A stretch of 58,820 bases of DNA from Basidiobolus meristosporus CBS 931.73. Its lineage: Eukaryota > Fungi > Basidiobolomycota. Position numbers and translations under genes: made by a program. Positions 56,926-58,820 of the stretch are shown piece by piece (position 1 is the first letter of the stretch; each line of letters begins with the position of its first letter). Where the stretch lies: positions 1 to 58,820 of the forward strand of contig MCFE01000555.1 in assembly GCA_002104905.1 (NCBI GenBank). Reading direction: 5' to 3'. The notes below the pieces were generated by a model, which searched no databases, was not told the origin of the DNA, and saw only the letters and a list, made by a program, of their open reading frames with translations.

Positions 56926-58820
56926 ATAAAGCAAGGAAAGCACTATTCTGAGCAATATAAGTAAGATTGAGTAACATTACCAGTAACTGTATCATACCAC
57001 TGGCATCATGGTAGAAAATATAGTGCCAGATGGTGCCGTAGAGTGCCAGATTGATCCGGCACTATAAACAGGCTGGCACTATGTGGCACTATCCAACAGA
57101 ACAAGTCTAATGATGTCTAATATCTATGTGCTTGGTTCTAGCATGAAAAGTTGGATTTCTACCTAATTGTATACATCCTTGATTATCTTGAAATAAAGTA
57201 ATAGGTGTTTTTTGACATAGGCCTAAATCTGTAAAAAGTTTTTGTAACTACATTGCTTCTTTTGTAGCTTCACAGGCTGCCATGCACTCTGCCTCTGTGG
57301 TAGAAAGTGCTATGGTTGGTTGCTTTCTTGAATCTATGAAATTGCTCCTTGACAGTAAAGAAAGGTGTATCCTGTGGTGGATCTTCTGTCTTCCACAATT
57401 TGTCCCAAATCAGCAAGTCTGATTTTCCATCAGGGCCTGATATTCCTCAGTCTTTACAGATCTCCAAAACTTTGTCTGAGGGATATTTAGGGCCTCTTTT
57501 ACAGTCTGGGGTTCATCAACATGGACTGAATAGGCATAGGCTAAGTTTGTACCATCATTAATAGAGTAATTTGGGCTATTTCTTGTCCGATTGGATATCC
57601 AGGCATTTGATACTGGAATGATCACTTCTGGGATATTCCTGAGCACTGATTCTGGCTGAACCATGGTTGGAGAGTCCTCTGGAGTGAAAAAACTTTCATT
57701 GTTTTGCTCTGATTCAATCCTGACAATTGGTGGACTTGAGATCAAATTTTTGTCATCATCTGATGTCATTTTTTGTGAAAATTTTGAATTTTCATCAAAC
57801 AACACATCCGTGAACTTGATCAACTTCTTTGCTTTGGTATTGTAGAGTCAGTATGCCTTACTCTTATTGCAGTATCCCAAAAATATGCATTTTACACTTT
57901 TTGGCTCAAATTTTGACTGATTTCCGGCCAGTTTTTTGGCATATGCTGTACACCCAAATATTCTTAGATGTTCTGCACTTGGTCTGTATCCATACCATGC
58001 TTCAAATGGAGTAGAATCACAAAGTATTCTGTCATAACTCCTATTTTTAAGGTATGCAGCAGTGGCAACTGATTCTGCCCAAAAATCATAGGATAATTTT
58101 TGATCATGGATCATAGATCGTGTCATATCAATTATTGATCTGTTAGCGTGTTCTGCTACTGCCATTTTGCTGTGGGGAGTATGGCACAGTAGTGTCTTGC
58201 TTTATCCCATGAATTTTGCTGAAGTGGATGAAGAGTTTTGAGGTATATTCTCCACCATTGTCAGAGTGAATTTTCTTGATTTTTTCACCAGTTTCTCTCT
58301 CCGCCATGGCTTCAAACTCCCTGAACTTAGACAGAGCTTCTTCCTTTCTCTCCATGAAGTAGACCCATGCATATCTTGTATAATCATCAATAAAAGTGAT
58401 TAAATACTTCATCCCACCTAAGGATAAATTTTGCATAGGTCCACACAGATCTGAGTGAATTAGATCTAATTTTTTCTTAGTTTTGATCAACCCAGAGCTC
58501 TTGAACAGTTGTCTGGCTTGTTTCCCATATATGCTGGCTTCACAGTGCTCCACATTAGCTGGGGGATCAATTTTAACTCCAGAAATTAGCTGATCTTTGA
58601 TCATTTTGCGCAAATAATCAAAATTGATGTGTCCAAATCTCCTGTGCCAAGGTATTGGTGTTTCTTCATTTAAGTTACTTATATTGGTTTCCAGATATGA
58701 CAGAATATAAGTCAACTTGTATAGATTCTGATCTCTGAAGCCCAAAGCAACAGGAGCACCATTTTGATCAGTGATCCTGCTTCCAGAATTGTCAAAACTG
58801 AAACTGAGTCCTTCTGCTGT

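Larger units (their letters stand above)
52869..57108. mobile_element. Two-ORF DNA transposon of the PHIS superfamily (PIF/Harbinger, Pangu-like)
   Basis: Perfect TIR AGACTTGTTC / GAACAAGTCT; AAT duplicated (52866-68, 57109-11); removal restores ATGAAATGATGTC as in the intact copia near 46464; GGCAC/GTGCC subterminal repeats; divergent transposase and accessory ORFs. Confidence 0.93.
52595..58820 (-). mobile_element. Second minus-strand copia copy: partial 3' LTR, most of RT deleted, runs off the window
   Basis: Near-identical to 46200-46770 and 47790-49200. Sequence jumps from RNase H to the IN C-terminus at about 57420 (roughly 1 kb missing). Interrupted by the DNA transposon at 52869. Confidence 0.92.

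Noticed and set aside
52867-57110. Tc1/mariner-type TA TSD for the DNA transposon
   Set aside because: A TA duplication would not regenerate the empty site seen in the paralogous copia; AAT does, and the transposase is DDE_Tnp_4-like.
1-58820. tRNA, rRNA, telomere repeats, U12-type introns
   Set aside because: No cloverleaf with a T-loop GTTCRA, no rRNA blocks, no TTAGGG arrays and no RTATCCTT donors were noticed by eye; tRNAscan-SE and intronIC would be needed to exclude them formally.

Overview
Eukaryotic, intron-rich fungal DNA. Short GT-AG introns (mostly about 50-70 nt), an APSES factor and a dynein light intermediate chain point to an early-diverging fungus; Basidiobolus-like Zoopagomycota is my unverified guess. 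Bases 1-44.3 kb are gene-dense: a GPI-type secreted protein, a bacterial-type ChrR cupin with signal peptide and intron, Mrn1/Nrd1, a GPR107-like 7TM protein, eIF1, Doa10/Ssm4, an SMG5-like protein, a GPCR-like protein, a C2H2 factor, an Osh1-like protein, Med19, a StuA-like APSES factor, dynein LIC, a 961-aa PPR protein, a GH20 hexosaminidase and an M28 aminopeptidase. At 29.3-30.3 kb, where the ORF track shows nothing credible, a spliced non-coding host gene carries four tandem intronic snR56/U25-type box C/D snoRNAs and a strongly structured first exon. Bases 44.7-58.8 kb are a CpG-depleted transposon nest whose junctions resolve exactly: copia inside copia, solo LTRs of two families, and a two-ORF PHIS-superfamily (Harbinger/Pangu-like) DNA transposon with 10-bp TIRs and an AAT target-site duplication. 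All gene models, alignments and counts are manual; no database searches were run.
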